The position numbers and the translations under genes were made by a program. Below are positions 1-12,945 of a stretch of DNA of 64,000 nt, in pieces (positions within the stretch are counted from its first letter, which is position 1; every line of letters begins with the position of its first letter). Origin of the DNA: Azolla caroliniana. Taxonomy: Eukaryota; Plantae; Polypodiophyta. Under the pieces are notes generated by a model, which saw only the letters and a list, made by a program, of their open reading frames with translations, was not told the DNA's origin and did no database searches. The DNA lies in contig JBHGNT010000007.1 of assembly GCA_043228905.1 (NCBI GenBank), positions 13,020,001-13,084,000 on the forward strand. Reading direction: 5' to 3'.

Positions 1-551
1 GTAAGTGTCTTGCTCATCACTAGTCATCGAAAAATAGTATCGCCTTAATTCTCGCAACTTTGATTTTCCAATCATAGACATACAACGACGGGCACAACAT
101 ATTTTTTTGACATCAAATCCAATCTGTTTATCTGATGTCACAAAGCTAAATCTTGCTAGACGAATTCTTCGTGGGATTCTTCTAATATGCATAGGGCTTC
201 CAGATTTCTCTTCCTGCATAAAGGTTGTGTAACCTTGTTACAATCTAATTCTTTGTTGTGACCATCGCCAATGTTATTCGATGTTTCATTGACACTACCT
301 TCATTCTCCGTATCTTTATTAATATCGTATTCTTCAATAGAGAACTCTTCACTTGTGTCATTATTTACATTCCTTGTAGGTGAAGATGAGCTCAGACAAT
401 ATTCTTCGATAGAATATGGTGAGTCTGTCGACAGACAATATTCTTCAATAGAATATGGTGAGTCTATCGACAAACAATACTCTTCAGTAGAAAACGATGA
501 GTCTGATGACAAACAATATTCTTCAATCGAGAACGGTGAATCTTCACTCAT
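1..551 (-). pseudogene. N-terminus of a putative DNA-transposase-like gene, running off the left edge; one frameshift near 205
   Basis: ORF 551-156 continues after a 1-nt shift as ...RIPRRIRLARFSFVTSDKQIGFDVKKICCARRCMSMIGKSKLRELRRYYFSMTSDEQDTY to base 1. The CCxxxC...EQDxY pattern resembles N-termini of Sola1/DUF7869-type transposases (recalled similarity only). Confidence 0.45.
388..545 (-). repeat. 39-bp coding tandem repeat, about 4 copies (13-aa unit DSPYSIEEYCLSx)
   Basis: Repeated acaatattcttc(a/g)atagaatatggtgagtct units, visible in both ORF translations. Confidence 0.9.
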
Positions 552-1234
552 GGCTTAAGGTCTAGATAGGGCTCTGTAAGTTATGTGCTTAGTCTAAGGC
601 AAAAAACTAATAAGCTCCTCTCTAAATATAAACTTCTCTCTAAACAAAAGCTCCCTCAATAGAATGTCTATATTATTTAATATTATATTAATACAATACA
701 TAGAAATATTATTTTTAATATAGTATTTGTATTTAAAATATCAATAATTATTTAAACTAGGTCTATATGAAGTTAAATCAAGTATAATATAAATCCAATC
801 ATTACCAAGCCATAAATATGTTGGATTAAAGTTAAAATCATTGGCTAATTAATGGCACCCATATTTGATATGGAACCTCTCAGTCATTGGTTCATTAATG
901 CTCACCATTGTAAATATTAGACTTATCAATCATTGGTTAATTCATGCCCACATCTTTAATACATATCAATTGAGAGTCATAAAAATGTTGCTTTTAGTAA
1001 TCAATCATTGGTACATTCATGAACCTCTATCATTGTCTTCTTCATGACCTTTAAAGTCATTGTAAGTTGTTATGACTATAAAAGATTTATCAATATGTTA
1101 GTTTGACTTTGTAATCATTGATGTAATCATAAGTTACTCTAGTTAATGTGATTGTGGTTACCAACTAACTAACCTCAAACTTACCAACCTTGGTTAGGGT
1201 GACTATGGTTACTTTAACCACTGTGGTCAATCCC

Positions 1235-1241
1235 TATAAAT
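1235..1241 (+). promoter_or_regulatory. Candidate TATA box upstream of the ParB-domain gene
   Basis: cccTATAAATagg followed by a gagcaca-rich leader and ATG at 1388. Confidence 0.4.
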
Positions 1242-1387
1242 AGGAAGACCTCGTCATATTTCACTCACAAGAGCACACAAGACCATACAAGAGCACAAAG
1301 AGCGAAGAGAGCACACAAAGCACACAAAACATATAGAGCACGAAGCACAAAAGCGCGATCTCTGCCTCCACTGCCACAAGATCAACC

Positions 1388-3101
1388 ATGTCTTCAAAGA
1401 GAATTGAACGCCAAGACTCCAGGTAGGCCTCTGACACTGTGGACATTTTTGTAAATATGTTTTGTCACTCAAGAACTCGATACGTTGTATCGAGTTCCTG
1501 TATAAAATACAAACTTTATACAGGAAAGAAGAAGGGGGAGGGGCAGCTTGGAAGGAAACCCCATTTATGTATGGCCGTATTCTACGATTTTGACTACGAA
1601 GATGCAGATTCGGCCAACATACTGGTAATGATAGAGTGCTCCAAGGGGGTACGTAAAGTGTTCCTTTTAGAAGATCTTCTAGTAAAGGAATCTTGTTGGC
1701 TAGAAGCGTTCAAAAAAGATCTTGAAAGATCTATCATTACAGCAAAGAAGAAGGGGGAGGGGCAGCTTGGAAAGGAAACCCCATTTATGTATGGCCGTAT
1801 TCTACGATTTGACTATGAAGATGCAGATTCGGCCAACATATTGATAATGATAGAGTGCTCCAAGGGGGTACGTAAAGTGTTCCTTTCAGAAGATCTTCTA
1901 GTAAAGGAATCTTGTGGGCCAGAAGTGTTCAAAAATGATCTTGAAAGCTCACAAAACCTTATTGCTACCTTGAGGCCTTATATACAAGGCCATGTAACTC
2001 TAAGAGATGAAGTGCCCTCCCCAATGAAGCCCACAAAAAGGGTATCTAAAGTACAATCAAGACCACCAAAGAAGAAGACAACCAAAATGTCGGAGTCCGA
2101 TTCAACAAGTGAAAACGAAGAGGAGGACACTAAGGGGACGCCAAGAGCTGAGCTGGCATCGGGTGTGTTGTCATCCGAGCAGAATAAGATAAGGAGAGAG
2201 TTAATGCAGCGTAAACTGGTCAGGAAAGGGCAAGTGTTTAATTTTCCTATAACACACATCCATTGGCCCCCTATTGATGAAAAAACAAGTCGAAGACCAC
2301 TTGAGATTAGAGAGCCACACCGCATGCATGTTCAAAATCTCAAGAAAAAAATGAAAATTAATCCTCATGCCACTGTGGTGCCTTTTATTGTTATGGTAGA
2401 TCCTAAAGAATGTGAAACCATTAAAGATTTTGATATTAGAAAGCATGATCAATATAATTACTTTGTCATTGGTGGATCGCATTCAGCGGAGGCACGTCGA
2501 CAACTTGTGAGAGAACATCCAACGACTTTCTTCTTCAAGTATGCCGAGTGCAAAATTTATGTGGGGCTCACAACTGAAGAGGCAAATTTTTTGGCATGGG
2601 ACCATAATAATGATAATGACTATAGGCAGAAAATGTCGTCGATTGAGCGTATACGGTTCTTCCACCACGAGTATTTGGACGTGAAACAAAAGTTTGGTGT
2701 GAAGCTACATCCAGGTCTACGATGTCAATGCCTGCATGAAGTCGATATTGTTGTAGATGATAATGTTAAGTCCGATGGCCTTCGAAAATATGAGTCTTGG
2801 TTTCAACTGGCCTTTAGAGATGGAGAAGTATGGGACCTACAGGATCAAACTTCTCAATGTGGGAGAATAAGGAGGTAAAGGGTCAACGACAAAAGAAATG
2901 TAAGGTTGATCCTCAACTAGAGTTAAAGTCACAAGCTGCCAAGAAAATTGACTTGACAATTGAAGAAGCGGCTGACGAGATGAAGTTGTCTCTGTGGAGA
3001 GCGATGCAAGGTATTAAGGACGAGCAGCTTCTTGTGTCTGTTTTGTCAAGGGTTGTGGCGAAAGATTTAAGCCTTGAAGAAATGGTCACTGAGTTCAATA
3101 A
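1388..3101 (+). pseudogene. ParB/Srx-like domain gene, copy 1 (5' part only, no methyltransferase exons follow)
   Basis: ORFs 1439-2878 and 2830-3105 are joined by a frameshift. Contains IREPHRMHVQNLKKKM...PFIVMVD...YFVIGGSHSAEARRQL...KIYVGLT (ParB/Srx-like GxHR-type motif at 2471-2485). Ends at donor aa|GTAAGT (3102), the same position as in copy 2. Confidence 0.7.
1525..1947 (+). repeat. Internal tandem duplication, period 219 bp
   Basis: aaagaagaagggggaggggcagcttgg at 1525 and 1744; peptide KKKGEGQLG...DLE appears twice. Confidence 0.9.
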
Positions 3102-3952
3102 GTAAGTCTTTCAAATACTGAAATTGAAGTCTGTTTACGTACCCATATTTAACGTTTAAATACATATAATACCTCATCATTTGTATAGTGCGTACTATAC
3201 CTCAATGTTGTTCAGTCAAATATTATGTACATTTGTCAAATACGGTATAATACGTATTTATAAAAAAAACAGGTATAATACGTATTTATAAAGAAAATGT
3301 AAGTAAAACCCCAACACAAAGCAAAAGAAAAAAAAGATTTTAAGTGAAAAAGAAGTCAAAGGAAGGAAGAAAGAAGAATAGAAGAGACGATGATGAAGAA
3401 GATGAAGAAGAAGAAGAAGAGAGAAAAGAAGACATAAACGTATCCTAACTCTGAGTGTGATAATCGCAAAAGATAAAAGAAGAAGAAGAAAACAAAGAAA
3501 AGAGAAACCTATCATGAGTGTGATAATCATAGATGATTCCTCAATCTATGAAGGCATAATTCTAAATAATTACAATTTGAAGTAGAACATCATGATACAC
3601 ACTTACACTGATTTATAGAATAAGGGAATGTCGACATCCATATTACTACAAATATTTTAGGATGTGAAATGTTCAAATGTCTTATATGCATTTTAGGATG
3701 TAGAACTATATTGTACATCACAAATTTGTGTAAACATAAATGTTTTTTACAATATTATAGATATTTTTTAGAAAGGTAAATAATTTTCAAATTCTAGAAG
3801 TATTTAACGTACTATATGTAAAATACATATTTTACGTATTTTATAAGTATTTAACATATTAAGAAAACGTATTTAACGTATTTTTAAATTGGGAGGTACT
3901 ATACGGGTATTAATACGTTATATACATATATGGTATCCGTAGTGTACCTAAC

Positions 3953-6124
3953 AACCTTGGACCATACATTCAAGGCCATATGACATTAAGAGAACCATCA
4001 CCATCACCAGTAAAGATGGCACCAAAAAAGGTGGCCAATCAGTCAAGACCTGCCAAAAAGAAAGTGACAAAAATGTCTGAGTTTGAGTCCTCAAGTTCGA
4101 CAAATGATGAGGAAATGCGGGCAACACTAGGGGTAGAGTTGGTCTCTAGTGTGTTATCCTCTAAACAAAATAAGATTCAGAGAGAAATCATGCAAAAGAA
4201 ACTTGTGAGGAAGGGATCAGTATTTAACCTCCCCATCACTCACATCCAGACCCCCTATCAACGCTAAAACAGGAAGAAGAACACTTGAGATAAGAGAGCC
4301 ACACAAACTCCATGTTCAGAACTTAAAGGAAAAGTTGAAGATTAATCCCCATTCCATTGTTGTACCCTTCATTGTTATGGTTGATCCTATTGAGTGTGCT
4401 TTTGTAGAAGAATTCGATGTTAGAAAAGCATGACCAATACAACTACTTTGTTATTGGTGACTCACATTCGGTTGAAGCATGAAGGCAACTAGTACGAGAA
4501 CATCCTATGACCTTCTTCTTCAAATATGCCGAATGCAAAATTTATGTGGGCTTAACAACTAAAGAGGCAAAATTATTGGCTTGGGATCATCATAATGGTA
4601 ATGATTATAGATAGAAACTGTCTTCCATCGAGCGAATAAGATTCTTCCATCATGAATATTTGGACGCCAAACAAAAAAATGGTCTGAAGTTGCACCCAAT
4701 GCTCAGGCATCAATTTCTTCATGAGGTTGGCATCGTCGCGGATGACAATGTGAAGTCTGATGGTCTCAGAAAATATGAATCTTGGTTCCACCTAGCGTTT
4801 AGAGATATGTATGTCTAGGATCTACAAGATCAAATATTCACAATGTGGGAAAGTAAGGAGGTCAAGGGACAAAGACAAAAGAAAACTTGAGTGGACCCCC
4901 AACTAGAATTGAAGTCAACAATGGACAAAAAGATCGACCTCACTATTGAAGAAGCGGCCGATGATATGAAGCTAACACTGTGGAGAGCTATGCAAGGGAT
5001 TAAATATGAGCAACTACTTGTGTTGGTTTTGTCGAGGGTCGTGACCAAGGAATTAAGCTTGGAAAAAATGGTCACAGACTTCAACAAGTAAGTCTAGTGA
5101 GTTTATTAATTCCTAAGTCTTGTTTAGTTATATATCCAGAGTTCTAATGTGTCATAATGATTTTATAGCCACAAGGTATATATGAAAATCCAAGAAGTTA
5201 TGATGAAACAACTTGGATGCATTACTTGGGAGCAAGTGACCGAGGATTATCCGATGACGTCTTCTTATAAGGCGTTGTCTGAATACTTTATTGCATTCAA
5301 GGATTGGGTTAGTATTTTTCTTTTAATTGGCATTTTACTATGGTATATATTATTATAGTTAACTAAAGTTTTCTTTGTTGTTGCAACTATTAGAAACCTT
5401 GTCGTGGTAAGAAACTAGTAGAGGTCAAAGATATACACAACTTTCCAAGATCCTTCCTTGCACATCTTGAGAGATCTAGAAAAGAAATGGATCAATGCTT
5501 AGCGAAAGCGTATGATGTTGAAGATGAAGGAACTCTCAAGAAATTCAGCCACAAAAAGGACATTACTAAAGACTTATACTATGATGTCTTCTCTAGAGAT
5601 GTAGCAGACATGAACTTGAAACTACCAAAGGACTATAGTTTGCTTATACAAAATATACCGTACAGATTTCAAATGGCAGGTTCATCCTATGATTATGAGC
5701 CATTCAGGTTCAAACAACTAGAGAAAATGGTCAAAGATTTTACGGAACTAACCACAATGTCCTTGTGGAGAATCATTGTGTTTCATAGCATGGACCAAGG
5801 GTACTCTACGGCTCAGGCATTGAGATCTCATTACCATGGCATCGAGAACCTTGCTTGGTAAGGATTTTATTTTGTTACATCTTGAATAAATTGATTTGTC
5901 TATGATTCTTCCTACTTCATTATAAACCGTGTCTTTTGGTTCGTTCTGATAGGCAGGATCAAAACCAACGTGAATAGAGGACTCACATTTCGGTTCGAGT
6001 ACATAATGGTTAGTTATTTCGACGAAATAAAGAAGCAAAGGATTAAAAAGCATTCTAATGAAGTTGGAGGTTCAAATTTGATGGTGTATCCAACAGTTAC
6101 TCGCAAACTGCGACATCTTGCCAC
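3953..6124 (+). pseudogene. ParB/Srx-like + beta-class DNA amino-methyltransferase gene, copy 2, 5' segment
   Basis: Exons about 3953-5087, 5169-5307, 5394-5857 and 5957-6124 with GT..AG introns in compatible phase. ParB-like YFVIGDSHS motif; catalytic-type LIQNIPY (NIPY 5652-5663); AWIKTN...FEYIMV. Several stops and frameshifts. Confidence 0.75.
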
Positions 6125-6637
6125 AACCAAGTCTTAGATCACTTCTTTGAGAATCAAACACAAAAATGGGAATAGAGATGAATACTCATACACCAAAAGA
6201 AAGTACACAGGATGTTTACATGGAAAACCCTAATAGGGATAAACCACGGGAGCCCACAGACCTCAAACTAACACTATATGAGAAAGTTGCAATCAAAGAC
6301 TCGGAGGCAATGACCTTGACCTCTGTTTCTTCACCAAGCGTCGGTTACAATAGTGTATCGTTCTATATCTCCTCTCTCTCTATACAACAATTTTGCACAT
6401 ACAACACTTCACAGTTCACACAGTAAAGTGATTGCCCTAAGTCATATTTATACTTATATGAACTTAGGGCTATTTACAAATATCGCCTCAATAGGCTTAC
6501 TCAACACATTTGCAAATATGTCTTCTCTTCCGGTTCTCATCGGATCCATCCGATCCAGTTTCTGAATCTCTTCCAGTTCTCACCGGGTCCTCTTCATTCC
6601 TAATTGAATCCCATCCGGAGGGACCAACTTCACAACA
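6125..6637 (-). repeat. 3' LTR of Copia X (about 25 terminal bp missing)
   Basis: Homologous to 50991-51463; bounded by PPT aagggggagat on the - strand. Confidence 0.9.
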
Positions 6638-6647
6638 ATCTCCCCCT

Positions 6648-7050
6648 TCACTCCGGCATGGATGTCTCGTCAACTTGATCTGATTTCGGCACGCGTCCAG
6701 CTTGTCGGTTGTCAACACCTTGGTAAACATATCCGACCCGTTCTCCTCCGTGTGGATCTTCGTCAACATGAACTCTTGATCTTCTACTCTCTCCCGGATC
6801 CAGTGGTACCTCCGTTGGATATGTTTCGTCCAGGAATGGTAGGCCACGTTCCTTGCAAGGTGGACGACACTTTGACTGTCGTAGTAGAGCCAGTATTCCT
6901 CTTGTTGAATCCCTAGCTCTCCGATGAAGTCCTTCATCCAAATTAACTCCTTGCTGGCTTCCACAACTACCATGTACTCCGCCTCTGTGGTTGACAATGC
7001 AACCGTCTTCTGCAGCCTCGACTGCCACGAAACAACTCCCCCTACATAAG
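6648..7050 (-). pseudogene. pol: Copia X RNase H fragment
   Basis: STTEAEYMVVVEASKELIWMK...TKHIQRRYHWIRE. Confidence 0.9.
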
Positions 7051-7506
7051 TATTAGAGATCTAAGTACTAAAGTAAGCTTAAGATAACGACAAACAAATG
7101 ATAGATAGAAAGGAGAAAGAGAAAGAAGAGTGTCGATCCACCCGACCACCCCCGAGCGAAGGGATCAAGACGGACTCGAGCCTCGATCGGCGTCCCATAC
7201 CACCGTCGTGGCGTCGAGTCGTACTTGGTGATGGCGCGCTCGCTACAAGAGTTGACCCACCACAAGAGCAGAGTCTCGATGTAGTCAAAAGATGATCAAA
7301 TGAGGGTAGCTAGGCCTCTTATTTATAGCGATACCTAAGGCCCCCCAGGCAAGTTCACACTTGACCTAATGGGTTGTCTCAATCCCGAGGATTAAAAGTA
7401 ATCCTCCCCTTCTTTACACTCTCGTTTAACCCCCTTACTTATCCACGTGTATAGAATACTACGGTAAATTCTCACCACGGGATATTAAATAGTCATGCCC
7501 GTAACA

Positions 7507-10500
7507 TACTCCCCCTCTTTAAAACATTGCACTCTTGCAATGGAAAGTTAGGGAAATTAGTTCTGAGAGTATTTTCGCGTTCCCATGTGGCATCTTCCAT
7601 CCATTTTATTTTAAATTCTCGGATTTCTTTAGTACGTAATTTTTTTGTTTTAACATCAAGAATTCTTTGTGGTACATGTGGTTTAGAAGATAATTCTTCA
7701 GAAGTATAAAGAGTTTCAGTTGTAACTATATTGTCGCAAGAACCTAGAAGTTCTTTTAGACGACTCACATGAAAGACTGGATGAATTCTGACACCATCGG
7801 GAAGAGCGAGACGATAAGCTGATGACCCAATGCGTTTGAGGACTATAAAAGGTCCACAAAACCGTGGGGCTAACTTAGTGCACTTACCCGTAGACAATGT
7901 CTTAGAATTGTGAGGTACACGTAAAAATACCTTCTATCCAGGTGTTGAATACACGAGGTTGCCTATGATGATCGGCATAAAAACGCGCTCTATCTTGAGC
8001 TGTTTTTATATTATCTCGTGCAATATGCAACATATCTTGCATATCCCGAAGAAAGTTTTGCGTACTTCGCAACTCATCATGATGTATATTAACATCAATC
8101 GGGGCTCGTGGCTGAAAACCATACATCAACATAAAAGGAGTATATCCCGTCGACGTATGCTTGGAGCTGTTATAAGCAAACTCCAAAATTGGGAGATAAC
8201 GTTCCCATTTTGTTGGTTTTGCACCAACGTATGCTCGAAGCATGTCCTCAATAATTTGATTTACTCGTTCTGTCTGTCCATTGGATTGAGGATGATCCGT
8301 GGAGCTCATGCTCAACGTAGTTTCTAACTTCTTAAAGACTTGCGTCCAAAAGTCACTAGTAAACTTTGGATCTCGATCACTCACGATATCCATCGGTAAC
8401 CCATAAAAACGAAACAATTCGTCAACGAATTGGTAAGCCAATTCAGGAGCTGTTACCGTGGTTTTAGTAGCAATAAATCTGGCCATTTTAGTTAGTCGAT
8501 CAACGACAAACCAGATGGCATCATGACCTTTTTGGGTGCGAGGAAGGCTAACAATAAAATCCATGGATATACTTTCCCACTTATTGTTGGGAATGTCCAA
8601 GGGATGTAAAAGTCCTGCGGCTTTAAGTCGCTCGGCTTTGTTAACCTGACATTGGTGACATTTAGTCACATAGCTATGTATGTCAGGACGCATCTTAGGC
8701 CAATAAAATTGAGTGGAGATGAGAATGAGTGTACGATGTATTCCAGGGTGCCCTGCTGAGGGTGCATCATGGCATTAAAAAAGAATCCTCTTTTTGACCT
8801 CGGGTAAATCTAGAACACAAACCTTCCCATTACGGTAGAGCAAACCGTTAGCAATGTGGAAGTATTCCTTCGACGATGTGGTGGTGTCTGTTCCAGACTC
8901 AACTCTTGCCCAGTATTTTGCAAAATAACTGTCATCAGGATACTTTCCTCGAAGGTGATCATAAAGATCTGATGTTATTTCAGTGAAGCTAAGCATGTTA
9001 ACTTCACAGATGCGACTTAGTGCATCAGTGACAGTGTTCATGGAACCTTTATGATATCTGTTGGGATTACGGTCCCTCCGGATGGGATGGTCGGATGTCC
9101 GGGAATCGGGATGAAGACCCCGGTTCCGGATCCGGATGACGAAGACCCCGGCTACGGAGCCGGATGACGAAGACCCCGGCTACGGAGCCGGATGATGAAG
9201 ACCCCAGCTACGGAGCCGGATGACGAATGTACCCGGAGAGAGATCCGGATGCGGGGACATATTTGTGAATATGTTTGCCAAGGGCCCTTGAGGCTATATT
9301 TGTAAATAGCCCGAAAGTCATATGTGTATAAATATGACTTAGGGCAAACAGTTTGTTGTTGTTACTCGTTTTTCTGGTTTTCCACTTAGAGGGGGCTAAG
9401 TGAGCAGCCGAGAGAGAGAAAGAGAGAGAGAGAGACGAAGAGGTCGTTGCCTCTGTGTATTACCGCCGCCTGTGGCGAAGACAGTGAGCTCAAGGTTGTT
9501 GCCTTGTAGCTTCACCATTGTACATCTTTGTTTATAGTGATAGTTGGAGTTTGAGGACTCCCGTGGTTTTTCCCATTTAGGGTTTTCCACGTAAAACATC
9601 CTGTGTACTCTTCTCTCTATTGTCTTCGTGCATTTTGTATTTCCTGTTTTCTGTGAGTTGATCCTATTCCTTGGTGGTGTCTGAGCACTGTGTTCAACAA
9701 TATCGTATGGAAAAATCAAAGTCCTAGATGAGATCAGCCCATCATGCCTTACGACCTTTCAGGTCTTGTTGGTCACAAAAATATTTCAAGGACTCATGGT
9801 CCGTAGTTACCACAAAGCGATTTCCATAAAGATAATGGCGCCATGTTTTGAGCGCATGTATAACTGCAAATAATTCCTTTTCTTGAACGGTATACCGACA
9901 TTGAGCAAAATCAAGTTTCTTACTCTCGAATGCTATTGGTTTACAATCTTGATACAAGACAGCACCTATAGCATAATCACTTGCATCGGTTTCAACCTCA
10001 AAAGGTTTTGAAGGATCAGGTAAAAGAAGTGAAGGAGCCTTGCAAACCAGGTCCTTGAGTTCCTTAAAGGCGAGGTCTAGTGTAGCATTCCACACAATAG
10101 GTTTTGTAGACTTACGCGTTTGACCTTTTAAAAGATCAGTAAACGCCATCGTCAATTGGGAGTAATTACGAAGAGACTTTCGCAAAAACCCCACAAAACC
10201 AAGGAATGATCGAACTTCTCGAATATTCCGAAGAGTGGGCCAAAACTTGATTTTCTCAATGCGAGAAGGATCAATTTCAACTCCTCGTTCGGTTATGAGA
10301 TGTCCTAGATAAGTAATTGATTTCTTGAAGAACTCACATTTTGAGATCTTCGCATAAAACTGTTTGTCACGCAATGTTTGTAAAACAAAGCGGACATGTC
10401 TAGCATGTTCTTTTAATGTACGGCTATAAACTAAAATATCATCCAAGAAAATAATGACAAATTTTCCAAGTTGTTCTCGGAAAATGTCATTCATTTCTTG

Positions 10501-11994
10501 TTGAAAAGTAGCTGGAGCATTGGTCAAACCAAAAGGCATAACCAAAAACTCGTAATGGCCATAGCGCGTACGAAATGCCATTTTAGGAACATCGTCCTCA
10601 CTTATTCGTATTTGATGGTAGCCAGTACGGAGATCAAGTTTCGTAAAATACCGAGCTCCCTGGAGACGGTCAATTAGATCGTCAGCCCGGGGCAATAGAT
10701 ACGAATTCTTGATTGTCACTTTATTCAAGCGTCAGTAATTAATACACATACGCCATGTGCCCTCTTTCTTTTTAACCAAGAGAACTGGTGCACCCCATGG
10801 AGATTTACTATAACGTATATAACCCATTCGTAAATAGTCCTTGAGTTGCTTAGATACCTCATCTTCTTCAGATCGACTTAAGCGATACGGAGGTATACTT
10901 ATTGGTGCAACACCAGGTACAATATCTATACGATGGTCTATATTACGTTTAGGAGGTAACCCATCAGGTAGTTCACTTGGAAAAACATCATGAAAATCAT
11001 TTAAGATTTCATCAAGTTGTTGTTGTTCAAAATATGTTAATTGAATCGGGACATTATCGATATTGTAAACGTGAATGTCCGGATCAAGTACACAATAAAA
11101 TAACGTAGAACAAGACAACTCGGATATTGATGGACAAGAGGAAACAATCGAGAGGGATTGTTTTTTTACACATTGAATAAAATGCGTACAATCGTTCAGT
11201 ACAAAAGAAATCGAATGGCAAACCCAATCAATAAATAAAGAAGAGTTTTTATTATAAAACCAGGGATAACCCAATATTACATCGGTGGTACAAAGATTCA
11301 TTACATGGAAGTCTACTTCCTCGATATAAGTATCAATAGAAATTCCTAATGAATGAATCGCCCCGTTGATGTATTGTACTCTTCCATCAGCCAAGTGCAC
11401 CGTGTAGGTGTGATCACTTACGGTGGGTTGGATTCCCCATATCTGAACCAAACGATCATTCACAAAATTGTGTGAGCTTCCTGAATCAAATAAAAATTGT
11501 ACGGGAGATCCATTGATATACCCGTTTGCACGTAGTAAATCACTGGGACCCAATACATAGTGAGGGAAAGAACATTGACAATTACTTAAATGATGTGTAT
11601 AAACCTGAAGGACATTAGGAATCTGACCTTTATGGTCTGCAGCTTTAACTTTGTTGTCGTGCTCTTTCCATTGGAGCTTTCGACATTGATCTTTTGTATG
11701 ACCCTTCTTTTTGCAGAATACGCAAAAAGGATGTTGTCGCTTACAATCGCGATCCGGGAATTCGTTGGGTGTCTTGCGTTTCCCAACAAATTGCGACTGC
11801 TTAGTCTCGGGCGCTTCATTGGGTTTGTTATGGTCCTTCTTCGAACTGCGTTGATAGCGAAGAACTATTTCAACGGCCTCTTCCAAGGATTTTGGATCCT
11901 TATCGTGCACTATCCAGTGATAGTCCGAATTGGGGATGCCATTGACAAAACAAGCTATCAACCAATTGACAAATACATTAAACACTTGAGCCAA
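7507..11994 (-). pseudogene. gag-pol: G1 gag-pol, disrupted
   Basis: Zinc knuckle CVFCKKKGHTKDQC; protease LFDSGSS; RT FLDDIL; [11 protein letters not shown]; integrase SMDFI/SDRD/GQTER; GPF; chromodomain PQRILD...KIKW...ATWE. Confidence 0.92.
9059..9699 (+). mobile_element. Solo LTR of the Copia A/B family inside G1 pol
   Basis: TG...CA ends; TSD ATATC at 9054-9058 and 9700-9704; similar to the LTRs at 15711 and 37459; internal 28-bp ccggatgacgaagaccccgg repeats. Confidence 0.93.
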
Positions 11995-12679
11995 CCAAGT
12001 AAGTTGGTCTTCTCGAATGCTTAATGTTTGATGCGTATAAGAGATATGCGAGGCAATTGATCATATATGTTTTTTTTAAAAGAACATATATGTCAAGGGT
12101 CCTTATTTTGCCCTCATTTACCAAAACTATGTTGGTACGTTACCTAACCTCAAGTCTCGTAATTACAATGGCATACGCCAAAGTGCAACCTAATGGTCAA
12201 GCGAAATGAGCCCTCGTTTCGTAGTAGGCTCACGTGGGCCATCACATGGTCACGTCATTACGAATGCCTCTCGTAAGAACGAGCTCATGGTGGCATCGTA
12301 TCCATGTAACGAGGGAGGGATGTTGGATACGTGCGTCATTGGAGCGACCTCACTTGAAGTGGGTCAAGCCCTACATACTCAACATCATTATGGCTATTGG
12401 CGTTTCTTTACGTAACGAAATCGAGGTCATCAACGGGGTTATCAACAATAAAAAATTGTTGAAAAAGGGATGGTGACAACGCCATTCTCACAAAAATGTG
12501 AGGACGGCCACCAACATCCTTTTCCCGACAAGGACCACTTTCGATATAATCACGTAATAACGAATATACACATATGTTTACTTATCACATATATACGATC
12601 AAATACGTATATATGTGACCACATATGCCTATATTAAACATATCGTTATATTAAATAGCCACAAATGATGTGATCGAGA

Positions 12680-12945
12680 TACGTAATTGAGGTATATACC
12701 TCTACGCACACAAAACATCCACAAATAAGAGATCATCGTAATATGCAATTGAGGTATTGACCTCTTACGCATATGAGACCAACCGCATATCGTTTACAAC
12801 AAATCAAGGTATTAAACTCATACGCAAACGTAACATATGTTCGTGAACGTAATACGTAATTGAGGTATTAACCTCGTACGCATACGGCACTCATCACATA
12901 TTATTAATATTTCAAACGAGGTATTGACCTCGTGCACATATGTAA
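12680..12945. repeat. About 5 degenerate ~57-62 bp repeats with a palindromic GAGGT-N4-ACCTC core in the G1 5' leader
   Basis: gaggtatatacctc 12689, gaggtattgacctc 12751, caaggtattaaactc 12806, gaggtattaacctc 12862, gaggtattgacctc 12919. Confidence 0.75.

Noticed and set aside
271-558. + strand 95-aa ORF with RQYSSIEYGES repeats
   Set aside because: Antisense shadow of the - strand repeat-containing gene, which continues into a conserved-looking Cys motif.
3105-3950. AT/GAA-rich spacer ending in ccgtagtg (reverse complement CACTACGG), a possible CACTA terminus
   Set aside because: No matching second terminus or 3-bp TSD found; the hydrophobic ORF 3258-3530 is a low-complexity artefact.
1439-6124. 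Bacterial contamination or prophage as the source of the ParB-MTase
   Set aside because: The gene has spliceosomal introns and carries plant LTR retrotransposon insertions with TSDs, so it is resident in the eukaryotic genome.
9100-9235. 28-bp repeats resembling a CRISPR array (also 15785-15930 and 20575-20750)
   Set aside because: Head-to-tail U3 repeats inside Copia LTRs, with no unique spacers and no cas genes.
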